Positions 13,682 through 27,800 of a DNA stretch of 64,000 nt are shown piece after piece (within the stretch, counting starts at the first letter, position 1; each line of letters begins with the position of its first letter). A model generated the notes under the pieces. The model did not search any database and was not told the origin of the DNA. It worked only from the letters and a program-made list of their open reading frames with translations. The position numbers and the translations under genes are program-made. The stretch comes from Nageia nagi (Eukaryota; Plantae; Pinophyta): NCBI GenBank assembly GCA_050084985.1, contig JBITNC010000001.1, positions 97,402,001 through 97,466,000 on the forward strand, given 5' to 3'.

Positions 13682-15462
13682 AAAATATTATCATGCACTT
13701 AATTGATTTATCATTTATACAACATGATTAACTAGAACTTAAAATTTATATGAATAGAATTCTTTAATTCATTTATATTAAGTTGAAATAACATATGATA
13801 TTGTTAGAAGCATGGATCATTTTGATATTTATTATAAGTGCATTACACATAGGCCAACTTAATAACATTTAAGATAATGAATTTAACTAGGAATAAATTA
13901 TTTTATATACATAATAGGATCAATGGTTGAGATAAAAGGGTAAAAAGGCATTGAAGCATGGAATACTATAGCCTTGAAATGGACAATATTGTTTGTAATG
14001 AGTATGGAATACACATTGATAGTATCTTACCATCAAGTTTGAATATGAAAGGTAGAGCATAATAAACTATTAAGTTGAAGAATATTGATTATTCACAAAG
14101 GTAGAAGCTACCATATATGATGTTGGTATGGATCATGATATGTCTAATAGTGGAAACATTAGGAGGTATGCTTCTAAAGGGTGTTAATATATCTTGAATT
14201 AATTAATGAGGCTTTTATGATTCTAAGCTAAACTAATTGTAGTTGTCAAGATTACTCAAAGGATTTTGATACCATATAGTAGCAACTTGGGAATAGTAAG
14301 CATCTAAAAGGTAGTTGACCTACAAGGGATCTAGGTTCTCCTATTATTATTGATTTCAAGATAAAAAAAAGGGTGGCATGTTGAGCATACAACAAAATTA
14401 GAATTTCTTGCTTTTGATTAGATAAATTTCCAAGAACTTTATCAAAAGCTTCTAGTAGTTAGTTTAGAGTAGCATGTCAATTATTTTTAGGATTAGAAGA
14501 ATGATGATCAGAAGGAACTTGCTTATGAATTTTATTATTAAAATAATCTATCTAAGTATTATCCTCTTCACCCTCAAGAAATTCATTTGAAAGAAAAAAT
14601 GGGGACAATATTTTAAATTATAAGAAGCCAAAGGCCTTTTCTCACCTTAATGGGGAAGAATATGATGACTTGCATATTAAGAAAATTTCAAAAAATTAAA
14701 AACAAGGTTATAGAAAAAACATTTAGACATGTTTTTCAAATCCCATATACACATAATATATGATGCATAATGTAACTAAAAAACAAAGATCATAACTTTT
14801 TCATGTCAAGTTTAGTAAAATCTTAATACTAAAAGAATGATCTTAAATAGTAAGTAAAAACTTTGAGAAAATATCTTTAACATAATGGAAAATTTTACTA
14901 TCTAATTCAAGTTATATATATAACAAAAAAAATCCATATGGTGGGGGCCTTCATATTAGAGGTTGCAATTGAAAGTATCTATTATATCAAAGTCACTTAG
15001 AACTTGCACCTAGCTTCAACCATGTAGAGGTATGAAGATTTGAACTTGGACCTCCTATAAAACTTTCTCATTACTTCCCAACTACATTAACATAAATAAA
15101 TAATTCAAATAATATAATTGAATGAATACAATCATCATATTTTTTTTTCTTAAAATATAAAATTCTTCCACATTCTAAATATTTTTTATTCCTTTTACTG
15201 TATTGTAGAATATCTCTCCCAAAGTTAAAAAAAAAAAAAGCTATATCAAACTTAGTTATATAATTCCTTAATAAACTTCTAACTCTTACAAGGGTGACCA
15301 TACAAACAATTCTCCGATTGAAATTTCAATTTAAAATGATACCTATTAAACATAAAGTTTAAAACAAACTACATTAATTTTAGTGTCAATTCATTTGCTA
15401 ACCATCATCAACATCTTATCAGAAGTGGAAGAGTAAGTTTTCTCCTAACCCTTATATCCCCC

Positions 15463-15599
15463 ATGGCAGGGCCATCTCCATCTCTCTGCTTGCCTCTGTA
15501 TATGCTGTCAGATTCTACAGACCTTCATTTGGTGCTGCTGATTTCAGACATACTTTTCTAGTTCCCAAGCCCAAAACATTTTACAATAATGTCACCACA
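15463..15599 (+). other. Probable upstream organellar transit-peptide exon of glyoxalase I, with its ATG 1 nt out of frame
   Basis: Frame from 15465 reads GRAISISLLASVYAVRFYRPSFGAADFRHTFLVPKPKTFYNNVTT, resembling the N-terminal extension of Arabidopsis GLXI;3. The ATG at 15463 reads a different frame that stops at 15559-15561. The donor site is uncertain. Confidence 0.5.
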
Positions 15600-15763
15600 G
15601 TCAATCTCATGAACTCTGATTTGTTGTTGTATCACATTGTGATTCTGGAACATACGTACATTGTTTATATCACTTTTTTTTAAGTACTGGATTGTGGTCT
15701 GTTGTGCTGAATCTTCTTCATGTTGGGTTGCAGTCTAATCAGAGATTAACAAGGGCTTTCACA

Positions 15764-15856
15764 ATGGCTGCAAGTGCCAAAGAGAGTGCTGCCAATAATC
15801 CAGGGCTTCATGACAAGCCAGATGAAGCAACTAACGGGTATATCATGCAGCAAACG
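15764..15856 (+). CDS. GLX1: Glyoxalase I coding exon 1 ([31 protein letters not shown])
   Basis: Acceptor TTGCAG ends at 15733, in-frame ATG at 15764, donor GTAAGT at 15857. Confidence 0.95.
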
Positions 15857-18800
15857 GTAAGTGAATTAATTGATTTTTGGGTATTTTCATGATTTTTCAT
15901 ATTTTTTTAGACCCAATTTACTGAACAAAGTTTAATAACCTTGCATTAACTTATATTATAAGATTACCCTTTTCTTTTCCTTTGTATCGGAGTATGACTG
16001 TAAATTTTAATGATAATTTTTTCTGTTAAAATAAGTTGAAAGTTTTTCATAACCTTGCATTACTTTGTTGCTTGCATAAGTTTATTTGTCATTTGTTTGG
16101 TTGAGATTGATTCGAGTGTGAATTGGAAGAGAATTTTATCTGCTGAATGTTAGGGTTTAAGTAATAAATCCCAGATTCATAATATGTGGAATCGTTTGAA
16201 GGTTTTTGATTTTAATTATCAATTATAGAGTTTCTTCTTTATCGCTTTTAATTGTGAATAGCGGTTTTTTTTTTTTTTTAAATCATGTCTCTAATTATTT
16301 TTTGTTCTCCAATTTCAGATGTTTCGAATCAAAGATCCAGCAGTTTCTTTGGATTTTTATTCCCGTGTTTTGGGCATGAAGTAATTTACTTCTGACTTTT
16401 CTGCTTATAGAGGGAAAATTTTTGTGGCAAATACTCATCAATAGACTATTTTTTTGAAGTTGTTTTTCAAAGATATTTGTCTATTGAAAATGCAATTTTC
16501 TCTAGTGTCTCTTATAAATTGGCCAACATTTTACCTGAGATATAAAATTTTGAGGAGACAGTAAAATTATTTGCAGTTACTTTGCCAAAATTAAATGCTG
16601 TAATTAATAATGGAATAACTTTGCTAGAATATCTAAACGTCTTTGTATGGTATCTTTGAATTCACCGGTTTCATTGTTATTAAAAGCAATTGGTTCAACC
16701 TTGTTTTAAACACTAGCTTCAGGTAATTCATGGCTTTATTAAAGATAGACAATGGGTTTGTTGTTCTGGTTACACAGAACTTGTGGCATGTTGGTTGTAG
16801 AAAGTTGAGTCCCTTGAATCTGCAACGCTGCCTCACGTGGGAGAGGATAAATTATAGCCCTTAACATGTTTTAATATCATCCATGATATATCCTAATCTT
16901 GATATGTTTAATGAAGACAAATAAATCCTTTTGTCGAGGGAAAGGCTTCTCAGGTGACTGAAGTTCATTTATTTTTTATGAGATACATATCCCAGTTTGC
17001 AGTCAACCAGTGCCAACATAGGATTTGTTTAAGTTCATTTAAGTAAATTTAAGACCCACCATGATACAAAGTGCCACATGGACTCAGAAGCATCTAAGCA
17101 ACCGTTTTGTATTCAAACAGCTATTTACAAATTGAGTTGCATGAAGTTGATTCTACTTCCACCAGATATATTTCTGTTTTAAACTACAAATTTTTTGTTT
17201 TATGGGTTTTTATGAGCATTTGAGTTGTCATTTCTTATTATGAATGTCAGATTACTTAAAAGATTGGATTTTCCAGATATGAAGTTCAGTCTCTACTTTA
17301 TGGGGTATGAGGTAAAATGCATTGGCATACTTCAAAATCTTTCTGTTTTTGGATTATCATTATCTGTATTCATACTTTGGGTGAACATCCATATGGGCTT
17401 TTTAACTTACATCACAGAAACCTAAACTGCATTGGTCTAATATTGTACATTTTTCCAACAGGATAGTGATGCTGCTCCAGCAGATCCAGTAGAGAGAACA
17501 GTCTGGACTTTTGGTCAGAAGGCTACTATTGAACTTACACAGTAAATTAGCTATACCCTGCTTATTTTGTTAGGTTCATTCATCTAGGGACTGATGTTAT
17601 CAGATAGGAAAGAACATGATATATAGTTTTGCAAGCCCTTTAAAATTTGATTTTGTTGTTACTGTACTATTTACTTCACTGTTTTTTCCTTCCTAATATT
17701 TGATTCTGTTGTGATACAGTAACTGGGGAACTGAATCTGATCCTGACTTTAAAGGCTATCATAATGGAAACACCGAACCACGTGGTTTTGGTACAGACTA
17801 TCTGTTCTTCTCTATGTTTGTGGATTAAGGAAATTTAATACTTTATTGTCGTCAGGCTTAAACTGGAATGCTAGTTAGTCATAGCTGGCTTCAGTTGAAA
17901 ACATGGTTTGACATCAAGCAGAGACAAGGGATAGGTCCTTATGGGTTAATTTTCTAAACTACATTTTTTATATTATAATTTTCATACTGTGCAGGACATA
18001 TTGGCATTACAGTCGATGATACATACAGAGCCTGTGAAAGGTTTGAAAAACTTGGAGTTAAGTTTGCAAAAAAGCCAGATGATGGTACTTGTTCTCTTTC
18101 ATTTTACAAAGTGGGGTAGAGTGAGTTGGTGTTTAATGGTATGAGCTTGTAATTGAGGTGTATTTTGTGAATACTAGTGCTATATACATCAATATGTTGT
18201 TGAAATATACCAAACAGAAATATACCAAAAATAACAGGAAAATGGCAACACGAAACTCTGATTTTTATTTTGTTTTTTCACACAAAACCCTGATTTCAAA
18301 AACAGCAGATTAACAACAGTAAAAAGAGACTGTTACAGCTAGAATGTATCAGAAACACACCTCAAAATGCAAAACAACCTTCACATAAGCTGAATGTCTG
18401 ACTTTAATGAGCAGATCTGAGACAAACACCCTTTAGATGTCAAAACAAGTCTCTCCAAGGGCTGATGTCTGACCAATATGACCAGATCTTCACTCAAGAT
18501 GCCCAAAAATGTCTTCTAGTTGTCCCAAAAATGAGATGTCGGGTTCCATGTGTGGGAGTAACCTTTAAAATCTGCAAATTCTGCCTCCTAGACCTGGATG
18601 TCACACTGGGAAGAGGTTACTAGAGCAAAGCCCTTCCCAAATTTGTCACCAATGTTGCAACCAATGGCAGATCTGAGAAATGTAGTCCACTTATTCAACA
18701 AATGAGCCCAAACACAAACCTTAAATGGATTTGTTGTAAAACTAGATAGCTAGCTAACTGGTCTAGCCTCCAATGGATAGATTAAAGGGAACCCTAAATC

Positions 18801-21800
18801 TCCTATTGAAATCTGAAGCGTTAAGAATACAACAATATTTCCAATTCTTCAATCACAATTCCAAGCTATCTCCAAATGAAACCCTAATCCTTCTTTATAA
18901 TCACAACCTAATGAGAGAATAGATCTCAACCCTTGATTTTGGCATGGATGGCTGAGATTAGATCTCACTAACTTAAGATCTAAGGGCTGTGATATAATCT
19001 TTTTTTGAGATAACTTAAGTCACCTTGGCCGAGTTAAAGGGACTCCAAATTTAGCTAACCCTTCTTCAAAACATCTCCAAACACCTCCCAACTCCAATGT
19101 TGCCCACCAAAGCAGCTGAAAGAGCCTCTAGGAGGCTGATGTCACATTTTGGAGCCCATATCCACCTTCCACAAGCCAACGTTAAGGCTGGGAATGTTCC
19201 CCTATGCCCAACATGGTATTCCAAACTCTCCAATGTTGGCCATGTAAGCATTTTTCATGTTTACACACCAACCTCCCTTCCAGAAAAGCCAATTTCACTA
19301 TTAAACCTCATCAAATTAACAAAAATTCAAACAAAACACACCACACAAACAATATTTACATATTTACAAAGCTGGGCAAATTTTGGGACATTACAAACCC
19401 ATCCCTCCAGAATTGCTTGTCCCCAAGTAATTTATCAAGGTTGGATGTTTAAGAATTTCTAGCGCTTTCCATGTAGCATAATCTTCAAGCAAATCTTTTC
19501 ATTTGATCAAATATTCGTTGAGGGTTTTATTTCTCAACCTCTTCTCACTCATTCGAAGGATCCTTTCTTGGACCAATTCCAAATTTACCTCTTCATCAAG
19601 GGGTGGCATAATTTGTGAAGGCACAACATTTTGTCTCAAAGCCTTCTTTAAGCAAGATACATGGAATATGTTATGAATTCTGCTGCTTGGGGGTAGTTCC
19701 AGCTCATATGCTACCTCTCCAACTCTTGTTACCACCCTATGAGGTCCATAAAAACGTGGCTGCAATTTTTTTACACCACTCTTCTTCATTGTAGTTTGTC
19801 GATAGGGCTGCAAACGCAAGTAAACCATGTCATCAACTTCAAAACTGCATTCTGTCCGGTTCTGATCAATGTATTTCTTCTGCTGATTTTGGGTCTGCTG
19901 CAAATTTTCTCTCAAGGATTTCAGTATGTCGTGATGCTGTTGTATAAAATCAGCAGCTGTAGGTATTTTACTATCTTCCGAAAACAAATCATTAAATTTG
20001 GGAGACTCATATCCATACAATGCCATAAAAGGTGACATTTTTAATGGACATGTGATAGGAGCTATTGTAGTAGAACTCTTTAACATACATCCATTTAACT
20101 CAAGCTTGCTGCTATCCCTACACATAGTTCTGCAAATATCCCTCAACCCATTTGTTTATAATTTCTATCTACCCATCTGTTTGAGAATGATAACTACTGC
20201 TTGGAGTTAATTCCATATCATACAATCTGAAAAAACTCCTACCAAAATATGCTCATAAACTTGTTGCCTCTATCATGCACAATGGTTTTAGGCAAATCGT
20301 GTAATTTGAAAATCTCCTTAAAGAATAATTCAACAAGTTGTGCTGTTGTTATTGTTGGAATGTATAATGCATTATTGTAAAGGTTATGTAATAATATTCT
20401 ATGTAAGTTCACTAATACTTAAGACTATCATTTGATACCTTAAGTATTTAAGTGAATATGATAATGTAACTTGTCCTACTCTCCATGTCATGAGCATGCC
20501 CCTTGGGTAAAAAGATGTACATGTCATGCTTTTGTACATTGGGTAAAAGGGTGATCCAAAGAGAGATTTTGGCCTATAAATAGAAGGCTCTCTCTTCGGG
20601 TCAAACACCAATTTGTAAAGTTATTTCAGAAGATAGTGTTTAGGAGTTGAAATTATGAGAATTGTAAGAGTTCATATTTGAGATTAAGAGAGATCTAGTT
20701 AGTGGATGTACACTTAGTTGGAAGAACCACTTACATCTTGTGTTATCTTTGTGAGATTGCTTTGTGAGTTTGTTAGTTGTGTATTGTGAGTTTTCATGTG
20801 ATTTTGGGAGTTTATAGTTGTTTAGTTTATAGTTCAACTCTTTCATTGGTATCAGAGCTCCTTGAAAGCTTTTCACATCCTTGGTGTGGAAGCTCCTCTT
20901 CAACCTTTTTGGAGGTTCACTCTTCTTGGTTGAGGTAAAACAATTTAGAGGTATAACCCCCTATCCTTTTTAATAGTTCATTCTTGATACTAACATTCTT
21001 TTGTAATTATGTTAGTTCAACTCCTAGCAAATATTGTTTCAATAACATAATATATTATTGCTTTTTTTTTCTAACAATCTTTTATGTTAGTGATTGAGCA
21101 TTAATATATTAGGCAAAATTTGCCATTTTTATTTTCCTCATGAGGTGCTAACATTGTTTATATGTTAGTTTCAATATTGAAGAGTTTATATATATATATA
21201 TATTATACAATTGTGTTACTAATACTCCATGGTAGTTTCAATTCTTTTTTGAGAGAATTTCTTTAAACCTAAAGTATTTAGGTTGTAACAAGTATTAGTC
21301 TCTTTTTTTGAGTTTTTTTTTTTTTGTAATTTTTTTCTTATTAATGAAAATAAATTCAAGATCAAATTACAATTTTTTTTTTAACTCAAAATTTCTTTAC
21401 AAAAAAAAAAATTGAGTTATCAAATATAAAGTTGTTTTTTGTTCAATATATATACATACATTAAAATATAAAAAAAACTTTGAATTTTTTTTTTGTTATT
21501 ACAACTTAGAATTGTTTTGGGTGACCTCCTTTCCAAGTTTAAATTTGCAGGTTTCACCTGCGGTCGCCCTCTTCCTTATGGCCTCTTGTGGCCGCCAGGC
21601 CCTCTCTTTGCTGGCCAGCAGGCTTCTCCGCTTTGCTTCCTATGTTGTAGCCCCCTTCTCTCTGGTTGAAACCCCACACGTGAGTATCCTATTTGCATTA
21701 AGAAGGTGGGGAAAGGTGATTGATCTGGTTGCTTCTTACAGTCTCGAGTAGCCTCTTCCCCTTTGCTCTCTGGTTGGTCCCACAGGGGATAACCCTTTTA

Positions 21801-24800
21801 TGTTGGCCCACCCTCTCTACTATTGCGCGAAAGCTATCCTTCACCCGCCTATTTTTTTGCGACCTTCTAAAAAACCCCTCACATCGTTTCAACAAAGCCT
21901 CTGCATCTCGTGAGCTCCATGAAAATACCACAATTCTTGGCCGTGACCTCAACCCTGCATGACCCCTACTACCTCTGACTTGCCGCACTTCCCCATGCTT
22001 CCCTCCCTTACCATGACCTGGCTATGTTGGCTACCCCACAACCGTTTCAAGGCCCTCATGGCCGTCTTTGTCAATTCACCCTCTATCCTCCCAAGTCTCT
22101 ACATGACCTTATTTTTTCTCTTCTTACTCCATGTGATACTCCTTTTCTTTATCCACTCTCAACTACCTTATTTTTTTAATAATTCCTTTTAACCTATAGT
22201 GGTTGATGAGCATTTAATTCTTTTGTGATTACTTGCAAGCCATTTGCATCTAGAAGCAATCGTATACCTTTTTTTTGGTAGACTTTTAATAGGTTTTTGC
22301 TTGCTTGCAAGCCATTTCTTTTTATTAAGTGCTTCTGATGAGTATAATTACATTGCTTTAGAGTAAGTAGATGGTCAAAAATACATCATTACTCTTAAAT
22401 GCTTTCCTACTTTTTAGAAAAATATGGCAAGTATAAAGTTTTTTTTTTAGGAGTATAATTTTTTTGCCTTGATAAATACTTCTAAGTATGGCTATTTACT
22501 TAGGAGAAATGATAAGTATTTCTTTTATCTCTAACAAGGGGGATAATTCCTTTTTTAATACTTAGAAGATAATTTGTTAGCATACAAGTATTTTTTTTGA
22601 CATTTTTTCCTTAGTAAAATCTCTAAGGTAAAACTAGTATGCTATCTTTAGGGATAAATCTTTAAGTAAAAAGAGGGGAATTTGTATAGTTCTTTATTTA
22701 AATATTTATCTAGATATTGCATGTTAGAATATTGCATCTTTCTAAATTTCTTTATGCAAAGTTAAATGAACTTGTGCATACTATGGAAATGATGAAATAT
22801 TTTATGCATTTTTTTCTTTTTATGTTATGATGGAATGATGCATACTTAAAATTTTTTAAGTTAGGGAATGATGTATGCTTATTACTTAAATTTTTAAGTT
22901 ATTATGCATTTAATTTTTTACTTCTTTATGCAAGTATTGAGTGGAATTGTGTAAAATAAAGAATGATGTAAAGATGTCCTTTAAGGTTTGGTAAACAAAA
23001 CCCATTGGACTCTTAGGTTTCAAATTTCAAATGATGATGTTTTACTTATGCTCTTTTACTTCATGTTTTCGCATTTTGATTTATTTGTTTATGCAAACAA
23101 AAACGCAAACATTGATATGAGCAACCTCCTAAAATGAACACATCTGCATGTATATTGTGCAACATGACTTGTTTGGGGAGCCATGAGGCGAGGACAGGTG
23201 GATTGGAGCCTTTAAGTCCGACAATCCAAGTGAAAAATCTTTACTTCTCAATTGCCCTAAGTTCTCTGTTGGTCTGGACATAACTCCAATAGGTGTATAG
23301 ACATATGTGTAGTGATACCACATGTCCGCACGTCCATTTAGGGATTATCCTAATAACCTAGGACGATAACTTAAAACCTAATCAAGATTAATAATTTGGC
23401 CTATCCATTATATATCATAACTTTGGAAAATAGTAGGTACTTCTCCTTGTGAGAGTATAATACTGAACAAGGCGAACTGGTTGAGGATTGGTAGTACTTG
23501 GCTCTTCTTGTGTAGGCATCCAGGTGAAGGTTTAATTTTAGATAAGAAAACAAACTCAAACAATGTCATTTTACATCTACGGTTCTTAAGATGAGAAATG
23601 TATTTGAGTACAAGGGTTATTATTTGAGTTGTAAAACATTTGCACTTGTGAATCAAATCAAGCATGTCTTTAGTGTTAAATTTAACATGTATTATTTATT
23701 TGGTTAAAACTTAACATATAATATCGTTTATTGAACCACATGCTTATTACTTTTTCATATCCTTGTGTAGCAAATGGGAGACTCCTTTTTACCTAAACAC
23801 ATTTTGATGGTTTCAACTTTGGGATTTTGGAATCTCAAATGAGAGCTGAGTTGCAGGCAAAGAAGCTTTGGCAAATAGTGAATGAGAACCTTGTACCTCC
23901 TACAGATGAGAAGGCATTAGAGGCTTACAACACAAAGAATTAGTTAGCAACCTTCATGATTTTCCGTGCAGTTTCAGATGATGTGCTTATGATAATTTCT
24001 TTTTCAACCTCAGCAAAGGAAGCTTGGGATAAGCTTAAGCAAATCTACCTTAGTTCAAAGTTTTCAAGAAGGTTTAATATTATCCAAAAGTTGTTTCAAT
24101 CTCATCAAGGGAAGATGAAAATGTTGCTATTTACTTGAACAAAATCATTGACCTAAGGACCCAACTTGTTGCTTGTGGGTGCAATTGGATCAATGATGAG
24201 TTCATGGTCTTCATCATTCTTCAAAGCCTTTCTTCAAAGGTTGGAAACTTTGTGACGGTTATGGAAATAAGGTTTGATGATGAAGAAGAAATCTTCTCCC
24301 TTAAGAACTTTTCTAGGCTCCTTTTGAAGCATGAGAAAACTTTTAACAAAAAGGTGTTGATTTCTTCTCCTAGGGATAATAACATTGCTCTTGGAGCAAC
24401 CAAAACTACTTTCAAGAAGAAGTTCAACCAGAAATTTTTTTTTATCCTTCTTCCTTCAAAAGGTTTGAGAAAAGAGACTTAGCAACAATAGCAACAAGAA
24501 CAATGGCAACAACAGGAACAACAACAGTAGCAGCAGGAACAACGGTAACAACCACTTCAAGCAAAGAGATGGAAAAGGCAAAGCAAACAATCCATATCCT
24601 AAAGAAAAGTTTGATGGTAATTATAACTATTTGTGGCATCCAAGATCACAAAGAAGTTGATTTCTACAAAAGAAAAAGAGGGAAAAAGAACAAAGGCAAT
24701 GGAAATGTAAAAAACTTCAAAGGAAAGAAGAATATTCAAGCTGGTTTTGCTGTAGCGTTTTACTCCATGTCTTGCATTTTTTCGTCTAATTGGATTGTTG

Positions 24801-27800
24801 ATTCTGGTTGCTCTAATCACCTATGCTTTGAAAAAGATAAGTTTGAGAATTTTCACAAGTATAAAAAAGATGCAGTTGTGATAGGTGATAACTCTTCCCT
24901 TGAAATCCAAGGAATTAGGAGTGTGTTGATTCACGAGAAAGTTCTTAATAATGTACTTTATGTTCGTAAGCTTAAGATGAACCTTCTCTTCATGATCCAA
25001 GTTGTTAGAAAATAGTACTTTTTTGAGTTCGACTCTCAATCCTGGTGTATTAAGAAAGGATTTGCCACGTTGGTTGAAGGATCAATGAAAGATGATCTCT
25101 ACGTTGTGGATCAAGTTCCATCAAAGATGTGTCTTGCTACAAGTGTGTGTTCTAAGGCAATCTTTGGCACCAACGTTTAAGGCACCTTAACCACAAGAGT
25201 ATTCAAGTCATGAAAGACCAAGAATTTGTAAAAGGTTTGCCTTCAATTTCTTTCGATTGGTCTATGTGAGAAGTGCATTCTCGACAAGATGCATAGGCAA
25301 AAGTTTGAAAAAAATAAGCAACAAGAGCATCTCAACCTCTTCAACTTGTGCATTCAGATTTGATAGGATCGTTTCAAACTAAGTCGCTTGGAGGAGCATC
25401 TTACGTCTTGCCCTTCATTGATGGCTTTAGCAAGATGACCTTTGTGTATCTACTTGAGCACAAGGATCAAACCTTTGAACGTTTTAAGATTTTTAAGGCC
25501 TTTGTTGAGAATCAAACTAACCTTAAAATCAATATGTTGAGATAAATAATGCGGGAGAATATAATAACAATGAGTTCAATGACTATTGTGCTAAGTATGG
25601 AATCAAAAGGCATTTTACAATTCCTTACACTCTTCAGCAGAATGGTCTTGTCGAAAGGAAAAACAAGACAATTATAGAAATGTTAGATGCATGTTGGGTA
25701 ATCTTCTAGTTTCTTGTGGGTTGAAGTAGTAAACATTGCTATTTACATCTTAAATAGGTGTCCTACAAAAGCCGTTCAAGGTAAAGCTCTTTTTAAGGTA
25801 TGGTCAAGAAGAAAACCTAGCATTTATCACCTTAGGGTGTTTGGTTGTGAAGCATTCTCCTACATTGTTTCTGAGAAAATGAAGAAATTAAACAAAAGGT
25901 TGAAAAATGCATCTTTGTGGAGTTATGACAGTTAGCATAGAGGTTACAGGCTCTACTCTCCATCCTATAAAGCAAGAAATGTCAAGTTCAATGAACTTCT
26001 TGAAAAATCTGTTTTTAATAAAGATATAGGTGATCCAGGGGACTCTTCAGTTGCACCTAACTGGTTGGATATTGATGTAGATAAGTCACTTTAGGAGCAA
26101 AATTCTCCAACTCAAAGGGTACAAGGAGCATGACCTTGAACAAATCCTTATTTGTCAAGATTGACAACAAACATGAGTCCTCAACCTTCAAAGAAGCTTC
26201 TAAGCACAAGTGTTGGATGGAAGCCATGAAAGTGGAGTATGAGGTGTTCATGAAAAATAAAATTGGGATTTGGTTTCTTATCCCAATCAGAAGAATGTGA
26301 TTGGCAATAAGTGGATCTACAAGGTCAAGTTCAATTTTGTTAGGGATATTGAGAAATAAAAGGCAAGGTTAGTAGCCAAAGGTTTGGCTTAGAAATATGG
26401 TGTAGATTACGAGGAAACCTTTGCTTCCGTGGCAAAGATGTTTACTGTGAGAATTATCCTTGCTCTTTCTGCAGCTTAAGGATGGAAAGTTTTTCAACTT
26501 GACGTCAAGAGTGCATTTCTCAATGGTGATTTAGATGTAGAAACCTTCATGAATCAACCAGAAGTGTTCATTGTGGAAGGCAAAGAGTCCTTTGTGTGCA
26601 AGCTAAAGAAGTCATTATATGGACTTAAGCAAAGCATCTAAACTTGGTACAGGAGATTTTAGGGTATTTTGCAGACATTGGTTTCTCCATGTGCTTTTCA
26701 GACTCCGATTTATATGTGCTCACTCAAAAAAAAGACGTGGTTTGATTCTCGTTTATGTGGATGATTTTTTGATTACTGGGAACAATGATGAAATCATTCA
26801 ATAATGCATATCCAAACTTAAGGCAACATTTGAAATGACTGATCTTGGTCTCTTGCACTACTATCTTGGAATGCAAGTGTATTAATACAAGGATTGTACT
26901 TATCTCAGTCAATTTAAGTATATATTAGATATCTTGTAGAACTTTGGAATGGAGAGTGTAAATATGCTATGATCCTAGTTTCTTCCAGAATCATTGTTTC
27001 GCTGAGCTCCAACTCTCAGTTAGCTGATGCTACAACTTTACTGGCAATTAATTGGTAGTCTTTTGTATTTGACTATTTTCAAGCCAGATATTGCCTTTGC
27101 AGTGAATCTGATGGCATGATTCATGCAGAAACCATATGTTGAGCATCTCAATGCTGTTAAGCAAATATTGAGGTATGTTGCAGGGACTAAGGATCTTGCT
27201 CTCAAGTATTCTAAGTTGCCTTTGTTTGTTCTCTTTGGATTTTCAGATTCTGACTATGTGGGAGATAAAGATGACAGGAAATCAATCTCTGCGTATGTGT
27301 TTAGCATTGGTTCAGATTGTATCTCTTGGGCTTCCAAGAAGCAGCCCATTGTTTTCTCTCCACCACAGAAGCTAAATATCGTGTCATGTTTGTTGTAGCT
27401 CAGGAAGCCATTTGGTTAAGGCATCTTCCGAAAGAAATTAAGTATGAGCAAGGTGGGTCATCTTTGATTTCTTCAAACAATCAATCAGCAATATCTTTGG
27501 CTAAGAATCTTGTGTTTAATCAGAGAACAAAACATGTGGAAATCCAGGCACATTTATCAAGGAAAAGTTTCTTAATGGCATCATACACCTGGAGTATTGT
27601 CCATCTACTTTGAATTCCATTGATTTGTTCACCAAGCCCTTCCCGAAAGCTCAGTTCTGTGAGCTTAGGGATGCTGTCAGGTTGGTGAAGTTGCCTTTAA
27701 GGAGGAGTGAAGTTTGAATTCTTGTATTGAATTCATGTTTGTGATGACAACTTCACCTTTAAGAGGATTTTGTGCTGTATAGTGTTGATTTTGTTGTACA

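Noticed and set aside
14200-14700. Chromovirus gag remnant (TKLEFLAFD-like)
   Set aside because: Too degenerate to support boundaries or identity.
15692-15892. ORF-track 66-aa protein starting at TTG 15692
   Set aside because: It begins and ends in intron sequence. Only 15734/15764-15856 is exonic.
21512-22192. Overlapping ORFs in the GC-rich leader of B as a captured gene
   Set aside because: Open frames on both strands are expected from GC content, and no protein motif is visible.
24481-24560. CAA/CAG-rich microsatellite or Thr-rich protein
   Set aside because: It is the Asn-rich gag linker of B read in a shifted frame.
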